Sequence record: OQ025076.1
Direction: 5' to 3' (one strand)
Length of the DNA stretch: 64,000 bases
Source: Escherichia phage vB_EcoP_YF01
Every line of letters begins with the position of its first letter. The stretch's first letter is position 1. Both the position numbers and the translations under genes were made by a program. The notes beneath the pieces are model-generated. The model was given only the letters and a program-made list of their open reading frames with translations, searched no databases and was not told the DNA's origin. Positions 51,280 through 58,565 of the stretch are shown here, one piece after another.

Positions 51280-51527
51280 TATGTGTTATCCACCAAAAGT
51301 TCTGCCGATACAGGGACAACTCGGCACCAGATAGAAGGGGCTGTTACGTTACCATCAGATAGACGAAGAGTGATTGCTCGATCGGAGTTAACGGTTACGT
51401 TAGGACTTTCAGACACAGACCCTTTGACATAGAGAGTAGAACTCTCAGGGAATTTAAATACTGCTCCACTAGGAAGAGAGTTGATATCAACCGTGGACAC
51501 TTCTTCTTTCTTGTGAGTAATCTTCAT
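51279..51527 (-). CDS. Small early protein, paralog family member 3
   Basis: As above. Confidence 0.45.
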   Translation of the reverse strand: MKITHKKEEVSTVDINSLPSGAVFKFPESSTLYVKGSVSESPNVTVNSDRAITLRLSDGNVTAPSIWCRVVPVSAELLVDNT

Positions 51528-51535
51528 TTCAAATC

Positions 51536-51847
51536 CTATTTAAGTTTGAGGCTAATGTTAAGGTGCATACATGCCCTGTTCTGTACAGCAGCATAACTTC
51601 TACCGAGCATGTCAGCCATTCTCTGAATAGACATAAACCCAGCATTACGGATAAGGAACTGGTCTTCTTCTTTAGACCACTTAACTCGGAGTGTGGCTCT
51701 AGAGATACCGAACTTAGTGCAAGCTGTATTAACTGCATTCTCCGTTACATTCATAATCTGAGCAACTTCTTGAACAGAGTACTCTTTGATTAATCTCCGA
51801 AGGTTTTCAACCTGCATCGGAGTCCATATAGTTCTTCGTGCTTTCAT
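51536..51847 (-). CDS. Putative HTH DNA-binding regulator (two Myb/SANT-like or sigma region-4-like repeats)
   Basis: Two repeats W..(E)...L.R.......(E)VA/MA..(L/M)..(T/S)..AV..R; GGAGG SD. Confidence 0.45.
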   Translation of the reverse strand: MKARRTIWTPMQVENLRRLIKEYSVQEVAQIMNVTENAVNTACTKFGISRATLRVKWSKEEDQFLIRNAGFMSIQRMADMLGRSYAAVQNRACMHLNISLKLK

Positions 51848-51894
51848 ACATCCTCCAATTAAATATTTATGTAAGACTTGCTTAGATAAAGATT

Positions 51895-51926
51895 CAATAA
51901 AATAGGGGGAGGGGACGAATCCTCCC
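51895..51926 (-). terminator. Terminator-like hairpin (minus strand)
   Basis: GGGAGG-8nt-CCTCCC stem-loop followed by U-rich tract. Confidence 0.4.
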
Positions 51927-52142
51927 TTATCCTATTAATTAAGTTTGCATGTAAGATCTAACAATCGGTTGCCTTTGTAGGAATAAGCGTTATGCTCATC
52001 CAGCACTAAACTCCCGCCCCCTTAGTGGGCTGGGTTATTAAAGGGTAACGCCCTTATGGGCTAGTTACGTGAATGTTAGTTTGATAGGAGATCTGAAGTC
52101 CTATCTCAAAGGACTCTCGTAAGAATCCTTCACGATAAGCTC

Positions 52143-52316
52143 TTAACAAGACTGGTCACACGGCTGATCACCACATGTTTTACAGATCACTGGTGAGTAA
52201 CTACAGGTAGGATATACTGACACACCATCAAACGTTTCACACCCACAGTCAGGGCATGTACCATTAGATTCCATATCATCGTCATCATATACTTCACCGC
52301 CACCATAACAGCTCAT
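52143..52316 (-). CDS. Small Cys-rich (zinc-binding) protein
   Basis: 57-aa ORF MSCYGGGEVYDDDDMESNGTCPDCGCETFDG...CKTCGDQPCDQSC; below track cutoff. Confidence 0.35.
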   Translation of the reverse strand: MSCYGGGEVYDDDDMESNGTCPDCGCETFDGVSVYPTCSYSPVICKTCGDQPCDQSC

Positions 52317-52325
52317 ATGAACTCC

Positions 52326-52547
52326 TTAATAAACTAAACCTATAGCCTTTGCGTCAGGCTGAGGGACTACTTTTGCATTAGGGCGATAGCCATCCACTGA
52401 GCCATTCCAAAGATTGACACAGGTAATATACCCATCGTTCAAGTAGTCTGTTTTAATCCAGAAGTATTTATCATGACCAAAAATACTTCCGTTTGGCAGC
52501 GTGGACAGTTCAACAGTTTGAAGGGATTGTTTAGAACTTAATTGCAT
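52326..52547 (-). CDS. Small early protein, paralog family member 4
   Basis: Pattern LSTLPNGSIFGHDKYFWIKTDYL...CVNLWNG. Confidence 0.45.
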   Translation of the reverse strand: MQLSSKQSLQTVELSTLPNGSIFGHDKYFWIKTDYLNDGYITCVNLWNGSVDGYRPNAKVVPQPDAKAIGLVY

Positions 52548-52554
52548 AATAACC

Positions 52555-52803
52555 TCAATTATCGTAGCATGTATCCCAATACATGTAGTTAACGTACGTT
52601 CTCGGTTTGATTCCGTACATAATAAAGTGAGTCTTCTTAATTCTTTCCTTCAGTGTGTAATAAAGACCATCACTAAAGTTACCAATCTTTACTTGAAAAC
52701 GTAAAGAGCGAGCATCCATTCGAAGCATAGAGATTAGCTGTACTCTACTACCTCCAGCCATCTCTTCAAGAAGCTTCTTTGTATTCCAATAATGAGCTGC
52801 CAT
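52555..52803 (-). CDS. Hypothetical protein
   Basis: Track ORF 52555-52860; start trimmed to internal ATG abutting the upstream stop. Confidence 0.35.
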   Translation of the reverse strand: MAAHYWNTKKLLEEMAGGSRVQLISMLRMDARSLRFQVKIGNFSDGLYYTLKERIKKTHFIMYGIKPRTYVNYMYWDTCYDN

Positions 52804-52804
52804 A

Positions 52805-53104
52805 TTACCACTCCTTACCGGTTGTAATCGTAGAACCACCACACCATAAGGCTGTATCAATCACAACATTATCCGGTGTAGATTTCTCTTCGTTGATAGA
52901 AGGGTTAGCATTAGAGCAGGTTGCTCCGTTCCAGCGCATATCAATTTCACCAGAAGGAACCTTCTTACCTTTATGCCAGCGAGAAACACAAACACCTTCC
53001 ACTGCTACTGCACACCATCCATCAGGACGGCTCTGTACGCAGCCTGTAAGGGCTATGCAGACAAGGAAGATACAGATTAAGGATATTACACCACCCCAAC
53101 TCAT
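52805..53104 (-). CDS. Lipoprotein (candidate superinfection-exclusion/receptor-blocking protein)
   Basis: Signal peptide with lipobox LTGC (MSWGGVISLICIFLVCIALTGC); AGGAGG SD; Cys-rich mature domain. Confidence 0.5.
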   Translation of the reverse strand: MSWGGVISLICIFLVCIALTGCVQSRPDGWCAVAVEGVCVSRWHKGKKVPSGEIDMRWNGATCSNANPSINEEKSTPDNVVIDTALWCGGSTITTGKEW

Positions 53105-53250
53105 AATTACCTCCTATTAGATTTGGTGGACTATCTGGAATCGAACCAGAAGCTCACTAAGAAAGCAATTCCCACTGTTATAAAAGCACTCGCCTCAACA
53201 GGGATACACTAACTCTGGTGCCGCACCCATACTAGCCCTTGTTTAAAAAT

Positions 53251-53326
53251 TGGCCGGGACGGAAGGATTTGAACCCTCGTAAAGCGAGTTAGAAGCTCGC
53301 TGCCTTATCCACTAGACTACGCCCCG
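53251..53326 (-). tRNA. tRNA-Arg (anticodon UCU)
   Basis: 76 nt folded by hand: 7-bp acceptor stem (one G-U), D arm GUCU/AGGC, anticodon stem GCGAG/CUCGC with loop CUUCUAA (anticodon UCU), T arm GAGGG-UUCAAAU-CCUUC, discriminator G, encoded CCA. Confidence 0.85.
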
Positions 53327-53766
53327 ATAGATTTAAAACCGTTATACTTACCAGCGCAAGATCTGTTGCAAAAAGAATTTGCATACTTAACATTACGCTT
53401 TTCTTTTTCAGAAACTTTCCCACAGTAGGCACAAGTAATCATTACCATAGTCCTTCCTGTTGTTGATTCTGCTGTTGATTTCTTTCTGTGATCTTCTACA
53501 GACAATATCTGAAGGTTTGACAGTTCATCATTCGTTCTGTCCCTATCTACATGATCTACTTCCTCATCCTCGGTGAGATATCTTCCAATATGGCAAGACA
53601 TTAAATATCTAGAATAAGAAACTGTCGACCTGTCTTTATCAGAGTTGTAAAGATCTATAACCCTCCTCCCCTCTCTGTTTTGACGAAGATATCCCCACCT
53701 CCAGTCGTTACAGTAGGGGTAATCTAATTGCATTTTCAAAAAATCACCTCCTACTGCTCTATCCAT
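53317..53766 (-). CDS. HNH endonuclease
   Basis: Motif EVDHVDRDRTNDELSNLQILSVEDH; C-terminal CAYCG...CNRSC zinc ribbon; 3' end overlaps the tRNA 5' end by ~10 nt. Confidence 0.65.
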   Translation of the reverse strand: MDRAVGGDFLKMQLDYPYCNDWRWGYLRQNREGRRVIDLYNSDKDRSTVSYSRYLMSCHIGRYLTEDEEVDHVDRDRTNDELSNLQILSVEDHRKKSTAESTTGRTMVMITCAYCGKVSEKEKRNVKYANSFCNRSCAGKYNGFKSIGA

Positions 53767-53788
53767 TGAGCTAAGAGCGCAGAGTTAT

Positions 53789-53953
53789 TTAGATCATATC
53801 TCGCTTAGTGATATGACCACATGTTTTACATCGAAGTATATAACGAGTACCTGTGTCTTCTATTTGACCGATCTCATTGTATATGTGTAAACGAATTTCT
53901 TTTATTGTCTCCCAATCATGGAGATGGAAGAAACGTTTAAACCACTTTATCAT
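53789..53953 (-). CDS. Small zinc-ribbon protein
   Basis: Track ORF 53789-54013 trimmed to internal ATG; C-terminal RCKTCGH. Confidence 0.3.
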   Translation of the reverse strand: MIKWFKRFFHLHDWETIKEIRLHIYNEIGQIEDTGTRYILRCKTCGHITKRDMI

Positions 53954-53960
53954 ATTAACC

Positions 53961-54212
53961 TCAAGCACAAGCAGGGAGAGTGATGATTTTATAACGACCT
54001 TCAAACTCTCCAAACAAACCTAAGAATGTAGGACTGTAAGTACCAGTGCAAACAAACTCATCAAACAGTTCGTTATAGCTAGGCTTAATCTTCCAAGCCC
54101 ATACATAACCCATCTTGTCAATTGCAATGTAACGAGTGTTCAGAGGAACAGTCATCATCACATCATCAACTTCGATCACTTTAGTTATTGGTGCAGCTTG
54201 GAAGTTTTTCAT
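53961..54212 (-). CDS. Hypothetical protein
   Basis: ATGA coupling with upstream small ORF. Confidence 0.4.
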   Translation of the reverse strand: MKNFQAAPITKVIEVDDVMMTVPLNTRYIAIDKMGYVWAWKIKPSYNELFDEFVCTGTYSPTFLGLFGEFEGRYKIITLPACA

Positions 54213-54385
54213 ACTTTACCTTTGATAAAAATGTCATTACCACAGACACAGCATGAACGAACAACAGTAGCGCCACGCTGAACGATACGAACCTCTTCCT
54301 TAACCAGATTAATACGAGCACCGCAGCAAGGAGAGTTGACATAAGAGTAACCAGCTTGTGTATTCTTGATTGTTTGCTTAGACAT
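54209..54385 (-). CDS. Small zinc-ribbon protein (58 aa)
   Basis: ORF MSKQTIKNTQAGYSYVNSPCCGARINL...RSCCVCGND; start overlaps upstream stop (AATGTCTAA); below track cutoff. Confidence 0.35.
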   Translation of the reverse strand: MSKQTIKNTQAGYSYVNSPCCGARINLVKEEVRIVQRGATVVRSCCVCGNDIFIKGKV

Positions 54386-54629
54386 TTGATTCGAGATCTC
54401 TTAGTTGTTCAGCCAATTGTTCGCATTCATTAACGCAGAACTCTTCTGTTCTTGGTATCCCGTTAGGGTTGAACCGTGTCTTATCACCTGCATGGGCACA
54501 ATCAAATCCGATTGTATTTAAACCACCCATTTCTTCAAGGGTGTCTTGCCATGTGACACCACCATGAACACCAACATCACAAACAACCTTTTCCTCTCCG
54601 TTATATCCGGTGAAGTTTTTATGTTTCAA
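54378..54629 (-). CDS. Hypothetical Cys/His-rich protein, N-terminus possibly disrupted by a frameshift
   Basis: Track ORF begins at TTG; its frame is open a further 24 codons upstream (IGPSCCDYAHEQSHLCGYV...) without a start codon, while a 30-codon ATG ORF (54644-54733) runs in another frame. Confidence 0.4.
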   Translation of the reverse strand: MKHKNFTGYNGEEKVVCDVGVHGGVTWQDTLEEMGGLNTIGFDCAHAGDKTRFNPNGIPRTEEFCVNECEQLAEQLRDLESNV

Positions 54630-54779
54630 ACTATCTGGTAACTCTACATACCCACATAAGTGGGATTGTTCATGTGCATAATCACAGCACGAAGGCCCGA
54701 TTTAGTTTCCCAACTTTTAACTATGCGTCTCATATAAGCACCTCTTGTTAGTTTAAGTAAGAGCTGTCCCTTAATTAAA

Positions 54780-54808
54780 ACAACAAAGGCCACCCAAAGG
54801 CAGCCTTT
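54780..54808 (-). terminator. Terminator-like hairpin (minus strand)
   Basis: GGCUGCC-UUUG-GGUGGCC hairpin followed by U-rich tract. Confidence 0.4.
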
Positions 54809-55314
54809 TTATTTATTAACTGTTATATGTCCAACTACCTTGCTTGTTACGGATGGCTGACATTGCATGAACCCAGAAGCCTTCCAGTTTCAGAGCACCG
54901 TTAGCTACTGCATCCATACGTTCAGGGCGGTTCATACGTTTGGTTGATACTTTCATACCTATCTCTCTTTGTTAGTGGAGGCATTATTGCCAGTTGATAT
55001 AAGGGATAGCTCCAGTCAGGAGGCTAATTCTGACCGCGTACTCATTGCCGACCTTCTCTGCCTAAGAGTTCAGGTTCTAGAGCTATCTCTTATTCCAACT
55101 GGTGAAGACTCCCTACCCCTAGGAAGTCTCCTGAATCCCAAACTAATATGTACCCCTACATATCAGAAAGTCTTTCGAAAATTAACAGGTTTTAGTCTAA
55201 CACCGGATGTTCGAGCAAGCTCTCCCTAGCGGTGTGGCATATGCCTGAATTAATAAGTTAATGAGGAACACCCTCACATAGCCCTCTGATAAACACAAGG
55301 GCTATAAGTCGGTG

Positions 55315-55569
55315 TTACTTTTCTTTGTTTGTAATTACTGCATCATGGATAACTGAAACAGGTAAGTTTGAATCTAGCTTCATTACTTGATTGGTACTTA
55401 AACTAAGCACTACACAACCATTCCGAAGATCAGTCTCTGACACATGTGGTGTATATAACTGAACGATCATGTAATAATCAATACATGTTGCCTTAACTTG
55501 GAAAACATCACCGAGTTTCAAATCACCCACACGCAATTCTTTAGCTTTAAGGTTCAGATCAATCTTCAT
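55315..55569 (-). CDS. Small early protein, paralog family member 5
   Basis: Pattern LRVGDLKLGDVFQV...YYMIV. Confidence 0.45.
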   Translation of the reverse strand: MKIDLNLKAKELRVGDLKLGDVFQVKATCIDYYMIVQLYTPHVSETDLRNGCVVLSLSTNQVMKLDSNLPVSVIHDAVITNKEK

Positions 55570-55795
55570 CTTTAGCCTCTATATTAGTTATGTGGAGATC
55601 ACTGCGTACTTGGCAGACTTCATCCCGCTTAAAAGGCATGAGCTTTCCAGTTACCACATCAACGCAGTTCACATAGTTATCTGCGTACAGGGTGTCGGTT
55701 CTAATGTAAAGAGAGTCTTTACGCTCAAATAGAACGCCCGGCTTCATGTTGTTTAAGCGAAGCATTGTACGATCGGATTTAATATTAACTTTCAC
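55559..55795 (-). CDS. Small early protein, paralog family member 6
   Basis: Pattern MLRLNNMKPGVLFERKD.LYIRTD...CVDVVTG. Confidence 0.45.
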   Translation of the reverse strand: MKVNIKSDRTMLRLNNMKPGVLFERKDSLYIRTDTLYADNYVNCVDVVTGKLMPFKRDEVCQVRSDLHITNIEAKDED

Positions 55796-55797
55796 TG

Positions 55798-56058
55798 TTA
55801 ATCCACCTTATTGGTAAGCCGAGCATTGCTGACCTTCTTGATGACTGTATTACCTTCATCCGTTGCAATAACGCCACAGGAAAGATTGATATAACTTCTC
55901 TTGTCTGTTGTCCCAAACTTCTGACTAGATAACATATAGTAATTCTCCCCATCCAGAGGGAACTGGAATACATCACCTGATTCTAAATCCCCAAGAGTTA
56001 AAACCTTTGGGGCGTTGTTCATATCAATTATCACTGTTAATCTCCTGCTGCTTAGCAA
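55798..56058 (-). CDS. Small early protein, paralog family member 7
   Basis: Pattern LTLGDLESGDVFQF...YYML...INLSCG. Confidence 0.45.
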   Translation of the reverse strand: MLSSRRLTVIIDMNNAPKVLTLGDLESGDVFQFPLDGENYYMLSSQKFGTTDKRSYINLSCGVIATDEGNTVIKKVSNARLTNKVD

Positions 56059-56320
56059 TAGCTACTCGCAAGTCTTCATTAGCACGAGCAAGGCGTAACA
56101 CTTCGTGGTTGAGGCTCTGAAGACGCTTGTTTCTGTCCTCAACTTGCATAATAAGATCGTTGAGTGTTACTTTAACTTTCTCATTATACATCTCATCCAC
56201 TCGAACTAGGGATTTATACATTCTCTCCCAGCTTGCTGCTTTGTTTCTTAGAACAATGAATCCTAGAACGCTGATAGTTAAACAGCTTACAAAAAGGAAT
56301 TTATATACTTCTAAAGTCAT
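56024..56320 (-). CDS. Membrane-anchored coiled-coil protein
   Basis: N-terminal TM FLFVSCLTISVLGFIVL then charged helical region. Confidence 0.45.
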   Translation of the reverse strand: MTLEVYKFLFVSCLTISVLGFIVLRNKAASWERMYKSLVRVDEMYNEKVKVTLNDLIMQVEDRNKRLQSLNHEVLRLARANEDLRVAIAKQQEINSDN

Positions 56321-56519
56321 ATTATTTACCCTTTATCAGAGATTAAAAGTAATATTATTTAAGTAAGTTATATTTAGTAAACTTATTTTCTAAGAAATTT
56401 TCAAAGGGTCTATATACAGAGCATTACCCATAGTCCCAGAATACTACCATCTTTTTCAATAAATTTACTAAGTGGTTGGTTTATAAAGGAATTTAGTTTG
56501 TCAAATCTGGCACTAGTGA

Positions 56520-56909
56520 TTATTCCCTAGAGCTGTTATCGAACACTAAATCACCACAATACATAGGATTGGCATACCATTTTGGCACCCCTTCGCTCTT
56601 ACTCTGAAAGTAAGTCCCACTGTACAGCGGAACATAATTCTTCTTAAGGGCACGTTTAGCAAGTCGCTCGCTTTCTCCAATGGCTTGCTTAGTCATCGGA
56701 TTTTTATCACGAATCAGCTTTACATAACGTTTATAAGGTTTCTCCTGTTTTAATAGTACCGGAATCCACTCAAACTGGTTCTTTTGTCTTATCACCTGTT
56801 CAGCGGTCAGTTTTCGTTGGGCCATTCTATTTATCACGGTATCCGCAACCATAGCTTTACATGCGGTTGGCTGATTCCCTGCCTCATAATAAATAGTCAA
56901 TGTCAACAT
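56520..56909 (-). CDS. Cell-wall hydrolase, SleB/CwlJ-like (Hydrolase_2 family)
   Basis: N-terminal signature LTIYYEAGNQPTACKAMVADTVINRMA resembling the SleB-family YYEA...AV..VVLNR motif. Confidence 0.55.
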   Translation of the reverse strand: MLTLTIYYEAGNQPTACKAMVADTVINRMAQRKLTAEQVIRQKNQFEWIPVLLKQEKPYKRYVKLIRDKNPMTKQAIGESERLAKRALKKNYVPLYSGTYFQSKSEGVPKWYANPMYCGDLVFDNSSRE

Positions 56910-56956
56910 TAGCTGGGCCGTTGTTATCAGAACTTGCTACCTCCTGTTTTACGGGC

Positions 56957-56984
56957 ATAAAAAAGCCCCAGCCGTAGCCGGGGC
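56957..56984 (-). terminator. Rho-independent terminator (minus strand)
   Basis: GCCCC-10nt-GGGGC hairpin followed by UUUUUUAU on the minus strand. Confidence 0.45.
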
Positions 56985-57043
56985 AAACCTGAAAGCAACA
57001 CATGACCGTTGCTATAAATACACTCGCAAATGCACTTACAGCA

Positions 57044-57069
57044 ACGCAAAAAGCCGCTCAAAGGCGGCT
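57044..57069 (-). terminator. Rho-independent terminator (minus strand)
   Basis: AGCCGC-CUUUGA-GCGGCU hairpin followed by UUUUUGCG. Confidence 0.5.
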
Positions 57070-57295
57070 ATGCGGAAGCTTCAAATGGGGAGAGGGAACG
57101 ACGCGACAGAAAGAGCGTCATAGTACTAAAAAGAGAGGCTATTGGAGAGGTTACTTATTGCCTTCCTTAATGCCTTGTTTTCTTGTTTAACCAAATCGTT
57201 TTCTTCTTGCAAGGATGCTACCAAATGAACCAGAACATCAACTACTGCATCACCTTGCCGCATCTCTCTGACTTTATTTAGAATCTCGGAATAAA

Positions 57296-57739
57296 TCATT
57301 TTACCCTCGCCTCTTTGATGGGATCAATGTATTTTTCAACGCCCCACTTGTGTTTACTGTCTGCGTAGAAAACATCAGGTGCGCACTGGCTTGTCTTAGG
57401 AAAAGCCTGCGGGTCTTTCGTGCTACCCTTAAACTTCTGTTTACCACGGGTGCGACCATTACAGAAGATTTCTAACTTCTTCTCCTCTTCTGTTTTTGCT
57501 CCCCCGCTCTTTAACAAAGAACGTTTATGATCGGCTAACAATAACGCATCAGCACGATGGACACGATGGCCTACACGTTTTGCCACACTGGAAGGAACAT
57601 GGGATTCAGCCTCAGCCTTTGCAGCACGACGTTTTAAACTACGCTTACTAACGTGATTAGTTGCCTTCGGTTTCTCTTTCTCTAGTTCAGAGATAGCAAA
57701 ACAACGCCCGCCCTTCATGCTGATTTTAGATTTAGCCAC
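57296..57739 (-). CDS. Hypothetical basic protein
   Basis: ORF in track; Lys/Arg-rich. Confidence 0.45.
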   Translation of the reverse strand: MAKSKISMKGGRCFAISELEKEKPKATNHVSKRSLKRRAAKAEAESHVPSSVAKRVGHRVHRADALLLADHKRSLLKSGGAKTEEEKKLEIFCNGRTRGKQKFKGSTKDPQAFPKTSQCAPDVFYADSKHKWGVEKYIDPIKEARVK

Positions 57740-57808
57740 AATCTTATTCCTTTTAGTGATAAGTTATATCGGGCAAGCCCATCAAGGCGATAGGCTTGAA
57801 CAAATAAC

Positions 57809-58018
57809 TTAATCAAGTAAACTAAACGATTTCCAACTACGTAGAAGGATTGTGCCATCGTCCATAACTACGCTTAATTGCAATAACTTTTTATTGATAC
57901 TACTTACCGTTGTAATTCGTCCGGTTGTACATTTACCTTTATTGCTATAAAGATACACTACACGACGACCTAACAGACGAGAGGGAGCTTTCTTAAACTC
58001 TGAAATATTAGTGATCAT
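57809..58018 (-). CDS. Hypothetical protein
   Basis: ORF in track. Confidence 0.4.
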   Translation of the reverse strand: MITNISEFKKAPSRLLGRRVVYLYSNKGKCTTGRITTVSSINKKLLQLSVVMDDGTILLRSWKSFSLLD

Positions 58019-58239
58019 AATGCTTGATACCTTTGAATATGTTCAATACGGGTGGATTGAGCAAACGACGCTTTAACAGCCATTTTTCTAACTTCTTCTT
58101 TACGCTGGTTAGTGTGTACAGTATCCCAATGACTATTATCACGTTGTCGTTGTAATATCTTACTGCATTTGCGATGGTTTCCCGTGCTGCGATGTTTCTC
58201 ACAAATAGGACACTTGCCAAAATTGCTACTGAATATCAT
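58015..58239 (-). CDS. Small zinc-binding protein
   Basis: GKCPICEKH...HRKCSK motif; alternative frame ORF 58008-58220 rejected. Confidence 0.4.
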   Translation of the reverse strand: MIFSSNFGKCPICEKHRSTGNHRKCSKILQRQRDNSHWDTVHTNQRKEEVRKMAVKASFAQSTRIEHIQRYQAL

Positions 58240-58463
58240 TTTCTTAATCCCATCTTTCTTAAGATACGGCCTAACGTTGTTTCTTGCGTGATAATATAGC
58301 TGATCGCTTCATGTTCCAACGTTTCAATCTTCATTGGTGACGGATACCATTCACCGGTAATAACACATTTACATTCAACGCCATACTTTTTAGATAGGCG
58401 GTAATGTTGACCGTTGACAAGATCCCTATAAATCGTGGTATTCGTAATTAACATGATCATCAC
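58236..58463 (-). CDS. Hypothetical protein
   Basis: ORF in track; ATGA coupling. Confidence 0.45.
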   Translation of the reverse strand: MMIMLITNTTIYRDLVNGQHYRLSKKYGVECKCVITGEWYPSPMKIETLEHEAISYIITQETTLGRILRKMGLRK

Positions 58464-58504
58464 CTTTGATTAAATTCTTTGATTAATGCACTGAATCAAT
58501 GCAC

Positions 58505-58540
58505 TGATAAAAGAAAAGGCGCTACCCGTTAAGATAGCGC
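58505..58540 (-). terminator. Rho-independent terminator (minus strand)
   Basis: GGCGCUA-10nt-UAGCGCC hairpin followed by UUUUCUUUUAU. Confidence 0.5.
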
Positions 58541-58565
58541 CTTATGTTTATTTAAATTGTCTTAC

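Noticed and set aside
54969-55229. Plus-strand 86-aa ORF in the intergenic region
   Set aside because: Antisense to the surrounding minus-strand gene block, no SD, low-complexity translation; more likely non-coding.
56499-56504. TTGACA hexamer at 56499-56504 (minus strand) as another early promoter
   Set aside because: No acceptable -10 hexamer at 16-18 nt spacing (nearest TATAAA is only 13 nt away); kept only as part of the conserved TAAAGGAATTTA block.
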